This document shows, in pieces, positions 38,949 through 51,650 of a stretch of 64,000 nt of DNA. Each line of letters begins with the position of its first letter. The stretch's first letter is position 1. The notes under the pieces are model-generated. The model did not search any database, had not been told where the DNA came from, and was given only the letters and a program-made list of their open reading frames with translations. Location of the stretch: the NCBI GenBank assembly GCA_964016885.1, contig OZ024742.1, positions 187,364,001 through 187,428,000 on the forward strand, written 5' to 3'. The position numbers and the translations under genes are program-made. The stretch comes from Eledone cirrhosa. Its lineage: Eukaryota.

Positions 38949-40050
38949 AATGTGATGAGCACTTTAACAAGAAACTAAAGTGGCTTAAGCAGATAAAGCT
39001 AAATCAGGATACTATAGAGAATACCAATAGATATCCCGACAAAATTGACGGTATAAATATGGCCGACACCTCATTAACAGAAGAGTTAAACAACAACAAC
39101 AACACAAATATATACGGCAACACAAGAATAGATGACGATGAGATGTCTGTATTATGTTTACCCCCGAAATTTGCGACATTCAAGAAGGTAAATATGATTA
39201 GTTGTCTGTCAGATATAGAAAAATCATTTACAAAACTACGCTGGAGCCTCAAAAACAAAAACAAAAACAAAAGCAACAATATACGCACACACATATACAA
39301 CACACATCCCAACAACAACAGACACACAGACACAAACAACAATAACAACAACATACACACCAACAACAACAACAATAGCAACATACCAAGAAACAACAAC
39401 AATAGACACGCAGACACAAACAACAATAACAACACACACAACAACAATAACACACACGGAGACAACAACAACACACATCAACAACAGCACACATCAACAA
39501 CAACACCACACACATATTCAATGCCTCTCACCACCACCACAATCTTAACAAACACACATACACAGAAAACAAGTAATGACAGTAGCACAGAAATCACAGA
39601 AATAAGGGAAAGTAATAGGATTAAAAAGAGAAGGGAGACTAAGGACAAAGAGAATAACCAAGACGAACACACAGACACACAAAATAGGGTAGATAACAAC
39701 AATGAGCCAGTGGAAAGAGACAAGAGTAATTGTGAGAGACATAGAAACAACCATGAGGCTGTTGGTGGAAATAGAAATAGAAACAACACAACTAACAATA
39801 ACAATAGCACTAGTACACATAAAGCAGCAGCCTGGAACTCTACGTTTTATAATCCCTCCGATAAATCATTCGACCTGCGACGAGTCCACGCCACGACTTT
39901 ACCATTTAACAAACGCACGCAAATGCCGTCGCAGGTCGATGAACAAACAGAAGCACAATTTAGTATAGCTAGATCCGAACTTAGAAATATTATAGAACAG
40001 TATAGCAAGAAGCATAATAGAATAGAGGCCCAGCAACTGGGAGAAAACCT
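38949..40050 (+). CDS. N-terminal part of the PLE ORF with an Asn/Thr/His-rich low-complexity segment; joined to the RT by a 1-nt frameshift at ~40047
   Basis: PLE N-terminal-like LCLPPKFA...DIEK...KLRW; FDLRRVHATTLPFNKRTQ is homologous to the 28800-29020 copy. The ORF track's first 44 aa come from the inverted arm and are not genuine. Confidence 0.75.
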
Positions 40051-40059
40051 GCAAATGGC

Positions 40060-42147
40060 TTGCGTAAGCTCATGCAGCGCTCACGTAATGGAGAGATAGC
40101 ATGCTTTCCAACAGACAAGTCTGGCAGAATGTCGGTTGATAGCCTGCCAAACTACATCCAGGCAATGCAACCCCACATCACTAACACAAGAGAGGTAACA
40201 CCACAGGAGCATGAGGATAGAGAAAAAGCCCTCAATGCCCATATCATGATGTGGACGAATATAATGCAGCCCAACAAAAGGACTGCCAACAACTGCCAGG
40301 CCTGGAACAAGGACGTGCCGGCGTTGTATGGGCTTCGAAAAGACCATAAAACGGGCTGTGACTCTGTCGCGGGACCACCAACACGGCCAGTCTGTGGAGC
40401 TAACATTGCTAGTAACTACAGACTGTCCTACTTCCTCTCCCTGATCATACGCCCCATCATTGTATGTGACAGCACGGAGGACCTCCTCAGCAGAATCGGC
40501 GTGAGTAACCGATCTGGGGACCTAACAAACTGCATAATAGGCAGTATGGATGTTGTGTCCCTGTATCCATCTATTGACGTGGACTTTGCTGTGGAGAAAT
40601 GCGTAGAAAGGATCAGTGAGAGCAAGGTTGAGTTCCGTGGGATTGATACCAGTGAGCTGGGACTCCTACTTAAGCTTACCTATAGTAATAATTACCTAGA
40701 CACATATGACGTTTGCAACCTGTGCCCTACAAGACCAGCAAGAGGCAGACCACCTGCCATTACCTCAATGGCCAAGAAAACCCACACAGATAGATGGAAC
40801 GGGTGGACCAGAGCCATACGGACACCCGAAAACCACGATAAACTGAAGAAAAGGATTGCACATGCGGTAGGAGCCAGCATAAAACTAACCCTTAAGGAAC
40901 ATATGTTCAAATTTAATGGAAAAACATATGCCCAAGAGGATGGAGCAGCCATTGGTGTTAGCATTGCAGGCGACATAGCTAACTTATTCATGGTATGGTG
41001 GGACAGTAGACTTAAACTTAAACTTAAAGAACAATTAGAAGACCCCTTAACCCTGATAATGTACTCCCGCTACGTAGATGATATAAACATCGTAGTTAAG
41101 ACATCCCCACTAGAGAACAGACAAGAACTAGAGAAAAACACAATGCAAAGCATTCAGCAAATAGCAAACTCCATCCACCAGAGCATTAGAGTTACTATAG
41201 ACTACCCAAGTAAACACCCCAACCATCGATTACCTGTACTAGACACAGAGCTCTGGTTAGATACCATTAACAACAAAAAACAAATCCTCCATTCCCATTA
41301 TGCCAAACCCATGACTTCCAAACATCTGATCCACCGAAACTCGGCCGTTTCGGACCATACCAAAATCAACATACTGATTGCGGATTTGGTACGGGTGATG
41401 AGAAATGTGTCCCGCATGTGCAACCCCGAAGAACTAGAGAGACACATACAACACTTCATCCACCGTATGCAGTTCTGTGGCTACAATCAGAGAGATAAAA
41501 TCAGAGTGTATAGAGGAGCCATAACCAAATGGGAAAAAATGGTAAATAATGACATAAATGGGACCTGCCCCTTGTATAGGAGCAAATTTTGGAATAGAAT
41601 AGAAAGAACTAGGAATAAGGCTAATAGAATAAACTCATGGTATGATAACAATAAATACCAGAGTGTAATGTTCATCGATACAACCCCTAGAGGTGAATTA
41701 GCTTACAAATTTAGAAGGGCCCTAAATAAACATAAACTCAACATTAAGATAGTAGAAAGACCAGGTACCTGCGTAAAAACACTTATTAGCAAGACATACC
41801 CTTTTCAAAGACCCTCATGTATAGATAAGAAATGTATAACCTGTAAAATAAGCCCCCGTATTAACTGTAAAACTAGAAATGTAGTGTATAGCATAAGATG
41901 TACTGAAGGACAATGTAGAGACAAAAATATAGTGTACATAGGTGAGACAGCTCGTAGTGTAGGGGAACGGATAAATGAACACTGGCGAGCCCTTCAAGGT
42001 AGTAAAGAATCATCTGTACTCTACCAACATGCTAAAATAGAACACAAGGGTAAATTAGAGAACATAGAAATAAAAATAGAATCTACACACAGAAAAGACG
42101 CAATGTTTAGACAAATTACAGAGGCAATAAACATAAAAGAATTATAA
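40060..42147 (+). CDS. PLE reverse transcriptase + C-terminal GIY-YIG endonuclease (C-terminal part of one frameshifted ORF)
   Basis: Motifs TDKSG, LYGLRKDHK, RPVC, SMDVVSLYPSI, GAAIG, YSRYVDDI, LPVLD, CxxxxCxxC, NVVYSIRC...VYIGETARSVGERINEH and ITEA. Confidence 0.93.
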   Translation: MRKLMQRSRNGEIACFPTDKSGRMSVDSLPNYIQAMQPHITNTREVTPQEHEDREKALNAHIMMWTNIMQPNKRTANNCQAWNKDVPALYGLRKDHKTGCDSVAGPPTRPVCGANIASNYRLSYFLSLIIRPIIVCDSTEDLLSRIGVSNRSGDLTNCIIGSMDVVSLYPSIDVDFAVEKCVERISESKVEFRGIDTSELGLLLKLTYSNNYLDTYDVCNLCPTRPARGRPPAITSMAKKTHTDRWNGWTRAIRTPENHDKLKKRIAHAVGASIKLTLKEHMFKFNGKTYAQEDGAAIGVSIAGDIANLFMVWWDSRLKLKLKEQLEDPLTLIMYSRYVDDINIVVKTSPLENRQELEKNTMQSIQQIANSIHQSIRVTIDYPSKHPNHRLPVLDTELWLDTINNKKQILHSHYAKPMTSKHLIHRNSAVSDHTKINILIADLVRVMRNVSRMCNPEELERHIQHFIHRMQFCGYNQRDKIRVYRGAITKWEKMVNNDINGTCPLYRSKFWNRIERTRNKANRINSWYDNNKYQSVMFIDTTPRGELAYKFRRALNKHKLNIKIVERPGTCVKTLISKTYPFQRPSCIDKKCITCKISPRINCKTRNVVYSIRCTEGQCRDKNIVYIGETARSVGERINEHWRALQGSKESSVLYQHAKIEHKGKLENIEIKIESTHRKDAMFRQITEAINIKEL

Positions 42148-42401
42148 CCAAAATTAAATAGAAAATATGAGTGGAACAGCAACATCACAACTTACAATTA
42201 AGGACAAAATGGAACCACACACACACATAGAACAAACAACCAACCAGTAACATGTAAATAAACAAATAAATAAATGAACATAAACACACACAGACACCCG
42301 GATGTGGCGCATGCGCAGACTGAGCACACAACACACACACAGAAACAAAATGGCGTAGGACAGAACAAAGGAGAGGCACTGAAACAAAGAAAGGAATCCC
42401 C

Positions 42402-42446
42402 AGTCACTGAAGAGGTCACATAGTGTGTGACGAAAGAACTATGACT
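42402..42446 (+). ncRNA. Minimal type I hammerhead ribozyme motif in the PLE 3' repeat
   Basis: AGTCA-CTGAAGA-G-GTCACA(tagtg)TGTGAC-GAAA-GAAC-TA-TGACT: stem I AGTCA/TGACT, intact core, 6-bp stem II. Homologs at 30040-30082 (+, core C>G), 26407-26448 (-), 38368-38411 (-, GAAA>AAAA) and 43875-43922 (-). Confidence 0.8.
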
Positions 42447-42685
42447 ATATATAAACAACTATCTGGTTGTGGAACCAACCAACCAACCAGAAATTTATAA
42501 ATTTATAAATTTATTATAAATTTATTATAATAAATTGAAGTGAAAGCAGCTGGTGCGTGTGTTTCTTATTGGCAACATGACACTCCCAAAGTATAACAAT
42601 ATCGGTTTCAACACACGATTTCAGATAAAGAATCTTGCTAAACAAATTCAGAAACGAAATATATATATACATATATATTTATATT

Positions 42686-42716
<31 letters not shown>

Positions 42717-42778
42717 CACATATATTTATATATATATATATATATATATGCATATATGTATATATATATACGTTTGTT

Positions 42779-42823
<45 letters not shown>

Positions 42824-43306
42824 ATATAAAATACAGCTAGAGGGAGAGACTGATTAGTTAAAATGTTTTGAATAATAATACCGGGGTGTTCATATTATTA
42901 CGACGTTGTTTCTAGAATTGGTTAGACAGAAAGGAAGAAATATCTTAAATGGAATAAATATCTTGCTATTGTAAATAGGTAAGTAGTATCTACATATAGT
43001 AATTAATAATGTGTATTTATTTACTGTCACGACAAAGAGCTACTATGGGATTAGCATGCTCTCAAACAACAAATAGAGTGAGTGAATGCGAGTAGAAGTA
43101 ACATAACAATGAGAGGATAGATGAGGTAGCCTTCATATTGCCTTGGATAAGAAACAGCGAAATAGTAATTGAGAGTGATGGAATTAGGATGAGAGTTTGT
43201 TGGATATAGGGTTGGCTATCTATTGCTTTAAGCATGGCTAGAAATAGGAACAATCTAATTATATTGATAACTGAGATATTCGTTTATTGCTTTATGCTGC
43301 TTGGAC

Positions 43307-43540
43307 GATGCCCGTCACGTATCCCAGGTTCACCGGGGTTAAGCGACTGAGAGCACTAGACTATTTCTGGACGGGACGCTACTCCGTCGTAGATTTAACT
43401 CCTAGTACTCGTAGTTTTTTCAGCAGAGTGAACTAGAGCAACCCGAAATGAAGTGTCCTGCTCAAAGACATAACGTTCCACTTTCTTTGATAATTCAACC
43501 CATGTGAGCCGAAAACTTTAACTACTGGGTTACGTGCCCT
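43307..43540 (-). mobile_element. SINE family 2, diverged
   Basis: Shares GTTAAGC.ACTGAGAG, ACTAG.GCAAC..GAAAT and TGCTCAA.GACA.AAC with 30327-30598. Confidence 0.65.
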
Positions 43541-43662
43541 AACTATATACCGATAGATAACGATAGGAAACAAGGACACCTATATAGAACTGGCAGTTGT
43601 CACTTGGTTATTCTGGTTAAGGAGTAAAATCATTTGTTTTGTATGTTTATTGATATGAAGTC

Positions 43663-43925
43663 TTGTGTTGAAACATATATTGTTATATTTGTGAAGGGTC
43701 ATGTTGTCCTAATATTGCCAAAAGTAATAAAACACACTCCCTGTTTGGTTTAGTTTTCGCTTCAGGTCAGTATATCTTCCTATTCTTATAAATAATTTAG
43801 CTGGCAGACAATGTTTATAATTGATCGGCCAACAGTTAAAATTTTAAATATGAATATACTTTCGGAAAGTTTCTCAAAGTTCTTTCGTCTCACATATTCT
43901 TTTTCTGTGACATCTTCAGTGATTT
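43663..43925 (-). mobile_element. Old solo relic of the PLE 3' repeat
   Basis: Similar to the reverse complement of 42400-42615 (GTGTTGAAAC..TATTGTTATA..GGGTCATGTTG; CAAAGTTCTTTCGTC...TCTTCAGTGA). Confidence 0.7.
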
Positions 43926-44205
43926 ATTTTCGTGTTTCCATAACGTTTTTTTTTTTTTTGGTTGTCTCTTGCGTTTGAATATAATTTCTTGTAATTAATT
44001 CAATGTTGTTTTTAGTAATATAATAATATTTTTATAAATATACTTTATATTTATTTTTGTAACTTAATTCATAACAATCATTAAATCATTCAAAGGACCA
44101 TTGGAGATGACTCAAGTAAAAAAATAAATCATTCCTTTTTGGCGTTACAACTTATACTACATTCTGTTTCTTGAGTTTCCTCCTCAGTATTATCACTATC
44201 ACATA

Positions 44206-44607
44206 GGGCGTTGTACTGGCAGAATCGGTAGAGCGTTGGACAACATGCTTTTCAGCATAGAATTACTGACACTTACGATCCGAGTTCAAATCCCGCCGAT
44301 GTTAGCTATGCCTTTCATCCTTACGGGGTCGATGAAATAAAGCATTAGTAATGCACTTTGGTTGATTTAATCGAATTTTCACTTCCCTAAAATTGTTGCC
44401 GTAAATCAGAAGCCATTATGGATTGGCAGTATCGGTAGAGGGTCGGACGCCATGCTTTGCAGCATAGAGTTACGGCCCTTTATGATCTGAGTTCAAATCC
44501 CGCCGAGGTTAACATTGCCTTTCATCCTTACGGGGTCGATAAAATAAAGTACCAGTAATATACTGGTAATTGCTAGCCTAGTGCCAAAAGTAGAAAGAAT
44601 TATTATT
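44206..44607 (+). mobile_element. Two tandem SINE family 1 copies (junction ~44419)
   Basis: Two box B/central motifs head-to-tail. Confidence 0.85.
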
Positions 44608-44759
44608 TTGCAAGTAGTAGTTCAGTCAGTCAGTCGGTCGGACCGCCGCCGACCTGTATTGTTGCATGTCGGCAGCGGCGTTGGTCTTTGTGTGTCTGTG
44701 TGTCAGTGTGTGTTACACGCTCAATCCGTCGTCCGTCTTCAAAATTATATTATTTCATG

Positions 44760-44950
44760 AGGCGGTGAATTGGCAATATCGGTAGAGGGTTGGACGCCAT
44801 GCTTTCCAGTATAGTTACCTCCCTTTACGGTTTGAGTTCAAATCCCGTCGAGGTTAACTTTGTCTTTCATCCTCACGGGGTCGATAAAATAAAGTAGCAG
44901 TAATATACTAGTTAATTGCTGGCCTTGTGCCAAATGTAGAAACAATTATT
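44760..44950 (+). mobile_element. SINE family 1
   Basis: Full-length match to the reference copy. Confidence 0.88.
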
Positions 44951-45354
44951 TTACGAGTACAATTCTTATTACCACCACAAAGCGATGACGATTAAGATGA
45001 TGAAGTTGAAGGGGAAGCATTAATTAAATGTCGATTCGTAGAAAATATCGCTTGATCTCCGTCAGTTTCGCCGATGAATGTTCCAGTTGTGTGATCAACG
45101 GATGAGCCTGTTTATGAAATTAATGTGTATGTAGCTGAGCATTTCGATGTACCCGAAACGTAATTCTCAGGAAGATTCAATAAGACACAGTGTGTCATAA
45201 ATTTTGGCTTTTTAATTGCATATATAATCCATCCTACAGGCTTCTAAACAGCTTCTGTTTAGCTAATTTCTCTCACAACTTGACGTTACAGTTAATGACA
45301 CCTGCTCCAGATGTGAAACAGTGTGATGGAACCTCTTCATTATTCGGTCATGGT

Positions 45355-45570
45355 AGGGAGTGGATTGGCAGTATCAGTAGAGCGTCGGACAACATGCTTT
45401 GAATTACGGCCCTTTATGATCTGAATTCAAATCCCACCGAAGTTAACTTTGCCTTTCATCCCTACGGGGGCCGATAAAATAAAGTACCAGTCACGCACTG
45501 GTATCGATTTAATCGACTTTCTCCTACCCCAGAATTGTAGGTCTTGTGCCTATATAAGAAACCATTATTC
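45355..45570 (+). mobile_element. SINE family 1 (longer subfamily)
   Basis: Head, box B, central motif and tail present. Confidence 0.85.
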
Positions 45571-45644
45571 GGTCATGCTACGCCCTCCTCGTAGAAAATA
45601 ACTCCGGGCGTCAGCAGTAAAACAATCACGACGTCCAACAAATA

Positions 45645-45646
<2 letters not shown>

Positions 45647-45716
<70 letters not shown>

Positions 45717-46302
45717 TGTGTGTGTGTTTATGTGTGCTTTTGTGTACGTTTGTGTGTGTCTGGTAGTGTGTTTTTGTGAGTTATTGTGTGTATACATGTA
45801 TATGTATGTATGTGCGTGCATATGCGTCTCTGTCTACATGTGTGTCTTTGTGTGTCTTTGTGTGTCTGTGTGTGTACGTATGTATGTGTGTGCGTGTATG
45901 TGCGTCGTGTCTACATGTGTGTTTGTGTGCGCGCGTGTGTATGTATGTGTACGTGTATATGCGTCTGCGTCTACATGTATGTGTGTATGTATGTGTACGG
46001 GCATGTGCGTCTGTATGCATGTGTGTCTGTATGTGTGCGTGCGTATGTATATATATATATGTATGTGCCTGTCTTTGTCTTTGTCTACACGTGTATCTGT
46101 GTTTGTGTGTATGTATGTGTGTGCGTGCATGTGCGTCTGTGTCTTCATGTGTGTCTCTATGTGTTTGTGTGTATGTATGTATGTATGTATATGTACATGC
46201 CTGTGCGTCTTTGTCTACGTGTGTGTCTGTGATTGTGTGTATGTGTGTATGTGTGAATGTGTGCGTGCTCGGGCGTTAATGTCCTGCATGTGTGTGTGTG
46301 TG
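45647..46302. repeat. Compound (TG)/(TA) microsatellite; similar tracts at 52125-52632, 33150-33301 and 63610-63990, plus many (TA)n runs
   Basis: Read directly. Confidence 0.95.
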
Positions 46303-46871
46303 AAATATCTGAGAGCAGCCATTTTACAGCATTACCTCATGTAAGACAAACGGAAACCATTTCCTCCCAAAGCTGTATTCCTAACAACCAAATATCCAAC
46401 ACAAGAATTACATACATTAACACTCAAACGAAAGTATTATTTAGCCAGTGATGTATGAATGCGATAAAAGTCACTAACATACAAGACATAAAGTAAACCT
46501 GGAAGAAAATAGCATGTTATGTAATGGCGTTGATCAAACGGTTGCTTATAAATTGCTACTTATCTATATACAAGAGATGGAAGTCATATAATTGATGCTT
46601 AAAAGAAGAAAAAATCAGCTCTGGTCTGAACGTACAAACGAAAGCATAACGTAGGAATAATACAGATACTTCCTTACATTGGCACATATAATTTGTTTGT
46701 TGTTATTGGTGTTTTTTGTTGTTTGTGTATTCTTTAAAATGAACTGATAGAGCGGGTTATTGTTATTATAGATATGATGTTTATCTGAAACAGCATGCTG
46801 ACGTCGGAAGTTAATCTTCAACTTTCATGTTTAAGACACCATTTTGATCAGTTATTATTTCAATGGATACA

Positions 46872-47098
46872 AGGGCGGTAATTGGTAGAATCGTTAGAGT
46901 GTCGGAGAAAATGTTTTCCGGTTTTATTCCGGCTCTTTACGTACTGAGTTCAAACCCCGCCAAGGTCTATTTTGCCTTTCATCCTTTCGGCGTTGATAAA
47001 ATAAAGTACCCGTCACACACTGGATCGATTTAATCGACCCCCCCCCCCCCCAAAAAAAAATGTCTTGCCTTGTGACTAAATCAGAAAGCATTATTTCA
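46872..47098 (+). mobile_element. SINE family 1 (longer subfamily)
   Basis: Same head, box B and central motif, with an extra GATCGATTTAATCGAC segment. Confidence 0.85.
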
Positions 47099-47105
47099 AT
47101 GGATT

Positions 47106-47297
47106 GGCGGTGGATTGGCAGTATCGGTAGAGGGTCGGACGCCATGCTTTCCAGTATAGTTACATCCCTTTACGATCTGAGTTCAAATCCCGCCGAGGTT
47201 GACTTTGCCTTTCATCCTTACGGGGTCGATAAAATAAAGTACCAGTAATGCACTGGGTAATTGCTGGCCTTGTGCCTAAAGTAGAAACAATTATTTC
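47106..47297 (+). mobile_element. tRNA-derived SINE, family 1 (best reference copy)
   Basis: Box A-like TGGCAGTATCGG, box B GAGTTCAAATCC, central GCCTTTCATCCTTACGGGGTCGATAAAATAAAGTACCAG and an ATTATT tail; many copies in the window. Resembles described octopus tRNA-derived SINEs, but the exact family was not verified. Confidence 0.9.
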
Positions 47298-47299
47298 AA

Positions 47300-47480
47300 T
47301 CGATTGGCAGTATCGGTAGAGGGTCGGACGCTTTGCAGCTTAGAGTTACGGCCCTTGTCATTCTGAGTTCAAATCCCGCCGAGGTTAACTTTGCCTTCAT
47401 CCTTACGGGGTCGATAAAATAAAGTACCAGTAATACACTGGGATAATTGCTGGCCTTGTGACAAAAGAAGAAACAATTAT
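47300..47480 (+). mobile_element. SINE family 1
   Basis: Tandem copy following 47106-47297. Confidence 0.88.
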
Positions 47481-47489
47481 TTCAATAGA

Positions 47490-47735
47490 TAAAGCTATAG
47501 CTGAGTGGTTAAAGAGTTCGTCTAGCAATTGCCACGCTGTGGAGACTTCTGGCATTCTTGGCCCTAGGATCACACCCTTACTCATCATCATCAGCACAAA
47601 GATGGCTACCCGCAAGTGTGAACCTCGCGAGCTGGAATGGCTCTTCCAGCGTTACTCCCTCACCATCCTCCGGGGAAACGCCTTCCCTAATTTGTCCGCC
47701 GTGGCCGCAGGGTGTCCAGCGCGTGGACCCCCATT
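47490..47735 (+). mobile_element. 3' fragment of a CRE-type REL non-LTR element
   Basis: Translation AVETSGILGP......PRELEWLFQRYSLTILRGNA matches the CRE-clade C-terminal signature. Confidence 0.65.
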
Positions 47736-47740
47736 TGTTC

Positions 47741-47925
47741 ATAATAATTGTTTCTACTTTAGGCACAAGGCCAGCAATTGCCCAGTACATTACTGCTACT
47801 TTATTTTATCGACCCGGTAAGGATGAAAGAGGCAAAGGTAACTTCGGCGGGATTTGAACTCAGACTGTAAAGGGACGTAACTATGTTAGAAAGCATGGCG
47901 TCCAACCCTCTACCGATACAGCCAT
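47741..47925 (-). mobile_element. SINE family 1
   Basis: Reverse-complement match to the reference copy. Confidence 0.88.
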
Positions 47926-48985
47926 AATGAGAGATAGGGGGTATAGGAGAGAGGGAGGTAGTGACAGTGGGAGTTTGGTTCCTTTGTGTTCGGACCTAGT
48001 GTATATGTATATATTTATTTACCGCACCACCATATGTATATATTTATTTACCGCACACATTAATCCTACGTCTAATTGCTAAGCTTTTTTTATTTATATT
48101 TTTTGCAACATTTATTTCTATAATATATATTTTCTATAGTTATTAACAACAAAATGTCAACATTCATTACACACATTCCGTGTGTGCTTCTTCTTCGTTG
48201 CACATTCAGCGATTGTCTTTATCATGGCATCCGATTGAGCCAATACTTGTCGGTGTCATTGAGTTGGCGGAGACTATGTAGATGCCTCTCATATTGGTTG
48301 TGGTGCAATTCAGAATCGCATACTGTGTCTCGCCGATTCAGCTAAGGAATGTGGTGTATACATGGCTGTGCATTATTGAAGCACTTCACCTATGGTACCA
48401 CATGGATTATACCTATAATTCAAATGCTCCGTCACATACTGAGCCACGCTGATTCAGTTTAGGAACTACGGCAATGGTACAGAGGTCTGAGGTGTACTCA
48501 ATCATATACACGTTAATTCCGAAGTCATCGTCAGAATCAAAGGATGATTCATCATCAACACGTACGTCTCTCTCTCTCTCTCTCTCTCTCTGTATATCCC
48601 TACATACATACATTCATTCATACGTACATAATGATGATGGCTGCCCCCTCGTTATCGAGTATGGCCATTGCACGATATACCATTATTAATAATAATTAAT
48701 TAATTCTATCGGGAGAAGCCTGTGCGTGAAGATATTTTTTAAAGTGAAGAAAGACTGTGCACTGAGCCAATTCCACTCTTTGAGCGACAGTAGCTATAAC
48801 ACGAAAAGAAGAAAAGATCAACATCATCGGTAACTACTGAGCCTCAGGTTTTATATCGGTGTTATCCCAGTTTCTGAATTGCCTTCTCCTAGAAGAATAC
48901 CCTGACAAAGGCTGCTCTTCACTCCCAGTGGTTTAACCGCGCAGTACATGTGTATATACACACTTTCGGATACATATATATATAT

Positions 48986-49259
<274 letters not shown>

Positions 49260-49261
49260 TA

Positions 49262-49315
<54 letters not shown>

Positions 49316-49323
<8 letters not shown>

Positions 49324-49782
49324 TAAAACGAATTCCAACTTTGATTTACTCGTTTTATTTACAATCCTTTAAAATTTATAATGGTATTAGAATGAAATAG
49401 TATGGTAGAATATTAAATGTTAAGTGTTAATTGAACAAGTACTTTCATGCTTTCGCAATCTTCAGGTTTATAATATGTGGTGACAGTCAAGTTTGTAATT
49501 TTCATATATATATATATATATTATATATATATATTTATATAAGTTGATTGGTACTTGACTTTTGACGAAGTCAACTAATCAACAGACAGTTGAAAATTGC
49601 AAACTTGACTCTCACCACACATTATAAACCTGAAGATTGCGAAAGCATGAAAGTACTTGTTCAATTAAGACTTATCATTTAATATTCTACCATACTATTT
49701 CATTCTAATACCATTATAAATGTTAAAGGATTGTAAATAAAACGAGTAAATCAGACAAAGTTGGAATTCTTTTTATTAATAT
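49316..49782. repeat. Inverted repeat with ~190 bp arms (49316-49504 / 49591-49782); probable non-autonomous PLE derivative
   Basis: Direct reverse-complement match with few differences; both arms carry the hammerhead motif; adjoins (TA)n. Confidence 0.88.
49627..49661 (+). ncRNA. Minimal hammerhead motif (mirror copy on - at 49434-49468)
   Basis: AAC-CTGAAGA-TTGC(GAAA)GCAT-GAAA-GTAC-TT-GTT, with a palindromic GTAC in place of stem III as in PLE-type minimal hammerheads. Confidence 0.75.
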
Positions 49783-49838
49783 AATCTTCTATACACAATC
49801 ATACACACCCGTGTATATTTATCTCTCTTATCTCTCTC

Positions 49839-49913
<75 letters not shown>

Positions 49914-50558
49914 ATTTACATATACACAAACTAGACAAAGTCATTGATATATATATATATAATATAGATACGTGTGTTTTTGGCAACCATTCACTAGTTC
50001 GTGTATATGTAAATCTTTATATTTGATAATCTCCCATAAGGTTGAGATGCAATTTATGCAATATAAGGCTGCGCTTACTAGCAACCAGCCTACTCGCCGT
50101 AAGGCACCAATCACATTCTTTGTGACTTGACCACTGTAACGTCACAGTTCTTAGCCATTTTGGATTCGTTTCTGGCGGGGATCATTTAAGAAAAATCTTC
50201 GTCCACGTGAGTTTGTTTCCTGATGATTTAGAAGCTCGTGAATTTATCCTTCATCGGATATTTCCAAAAGCGAATGAAACTGCCATGGGGTAGAAACGTA
50301 ATCTTGGTATGTTTATAAACATTTTTTCTTCTAACTTTAATTTTATACCTAATTGTGTATGGTTGACGATATATTTAATCGATTTCACAGCTATATTCTA
50401 TAGTTGTGATCGCGAATAGATGGCTGACGTTTATTTATCTATTATTTCTTCATAGGTGCCTTTTAATCATATAGCCTCGTTTAATTGTTTTTTTGTGTGG
50501 CTGATTGGGAGAGGAGATGGTGTATATATCTGATCAAATGATTCTATGGACATACGTT

Positions 50559-50633
<75 letters not shown>

Positions 50634-50711
50634 TACAGCGTGTCACCCTTTGACCTTATCCTTGCCTTAGCAATGGTGATGGCGATATATCTGTGTGCGT
50701 GTGTGTATGTA

Positions 50712-50781
<70 letters not shown>

Positions 50782-51203
50782 AGTACGTATGTGTGTGTGT
50801 ATCGGGACAAAACAACATAATAGTATGAAACTCATAATTAAGTGAAAGGAAACACTATATCATTGTTATAGCTGCCTATGAAAAACAACCATCAACTCAA
50901 ACATTTCATGCATGTTTAGTTCTTTATGCTTAATTTTTTTTCTATTTGCAAATCAGTTTCTTTATCACTCCTACATACATACATATATGTGTCGTGCATT
51001 TACAGTCACAGATATGTATCTATGGAGGGATGTATATATGTATGTGTGGATATATGATGTGTGTATGTATATATGTACGTGTGTATGTGTGTATGTATGT
51101 ACGTATGTATGTATGTATGTATGCATGCATGTGTGTGCATGTACTTTGTATGTCCGTATGCTTGTATGTGTATATGAATATATGTATGTATATATATTTA
51201 TAA

Positions 51204-51238
<35 letters not shown>

Positions 51239-51545
51239 GATATTGGCAAGTATGAAATTTGTATACATTTTTTTTTTCAACAAATCTCTACAAATTTAAA
51301 ACTTGACAAACGAATATATATATATCATCATCATCATCATCATCATCTTCGTTTAACGTCCATCTTCCACGCTAGCATGGGTTAGACGGGAGTTGTCCCA
51401 CTTGAGGCAAGGTTGGTCTCGCTCATATAGGACTATCTGGCAGGTTTTCTACGGCTGGATGCCCTTCCTACCACCAACCACATTTACAGTGTGGAACCAA
51501 CCACACATATATATATATATATATATATTTATTTATATATATATA

Positions 51546-51650
<105 letters not shown>

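Larger units (their letters stand above)
38222..42662 (+). mobile_element. Penelope-like element (Neptune-like Cys-rich linker) with an inverted 3' copy (38222-38948) at its 5' side
   Basis: 38222-38948 is the reverse complement of 41865-42602; RT + GIY-YIG ORF on +; flanked by (TA)n. Confidence 0.95.

Noticed and set aside
47106-47190. tRNA genes
   Set aside because: Box A/B are present but there is no cloverleaf; these are SINE heads.
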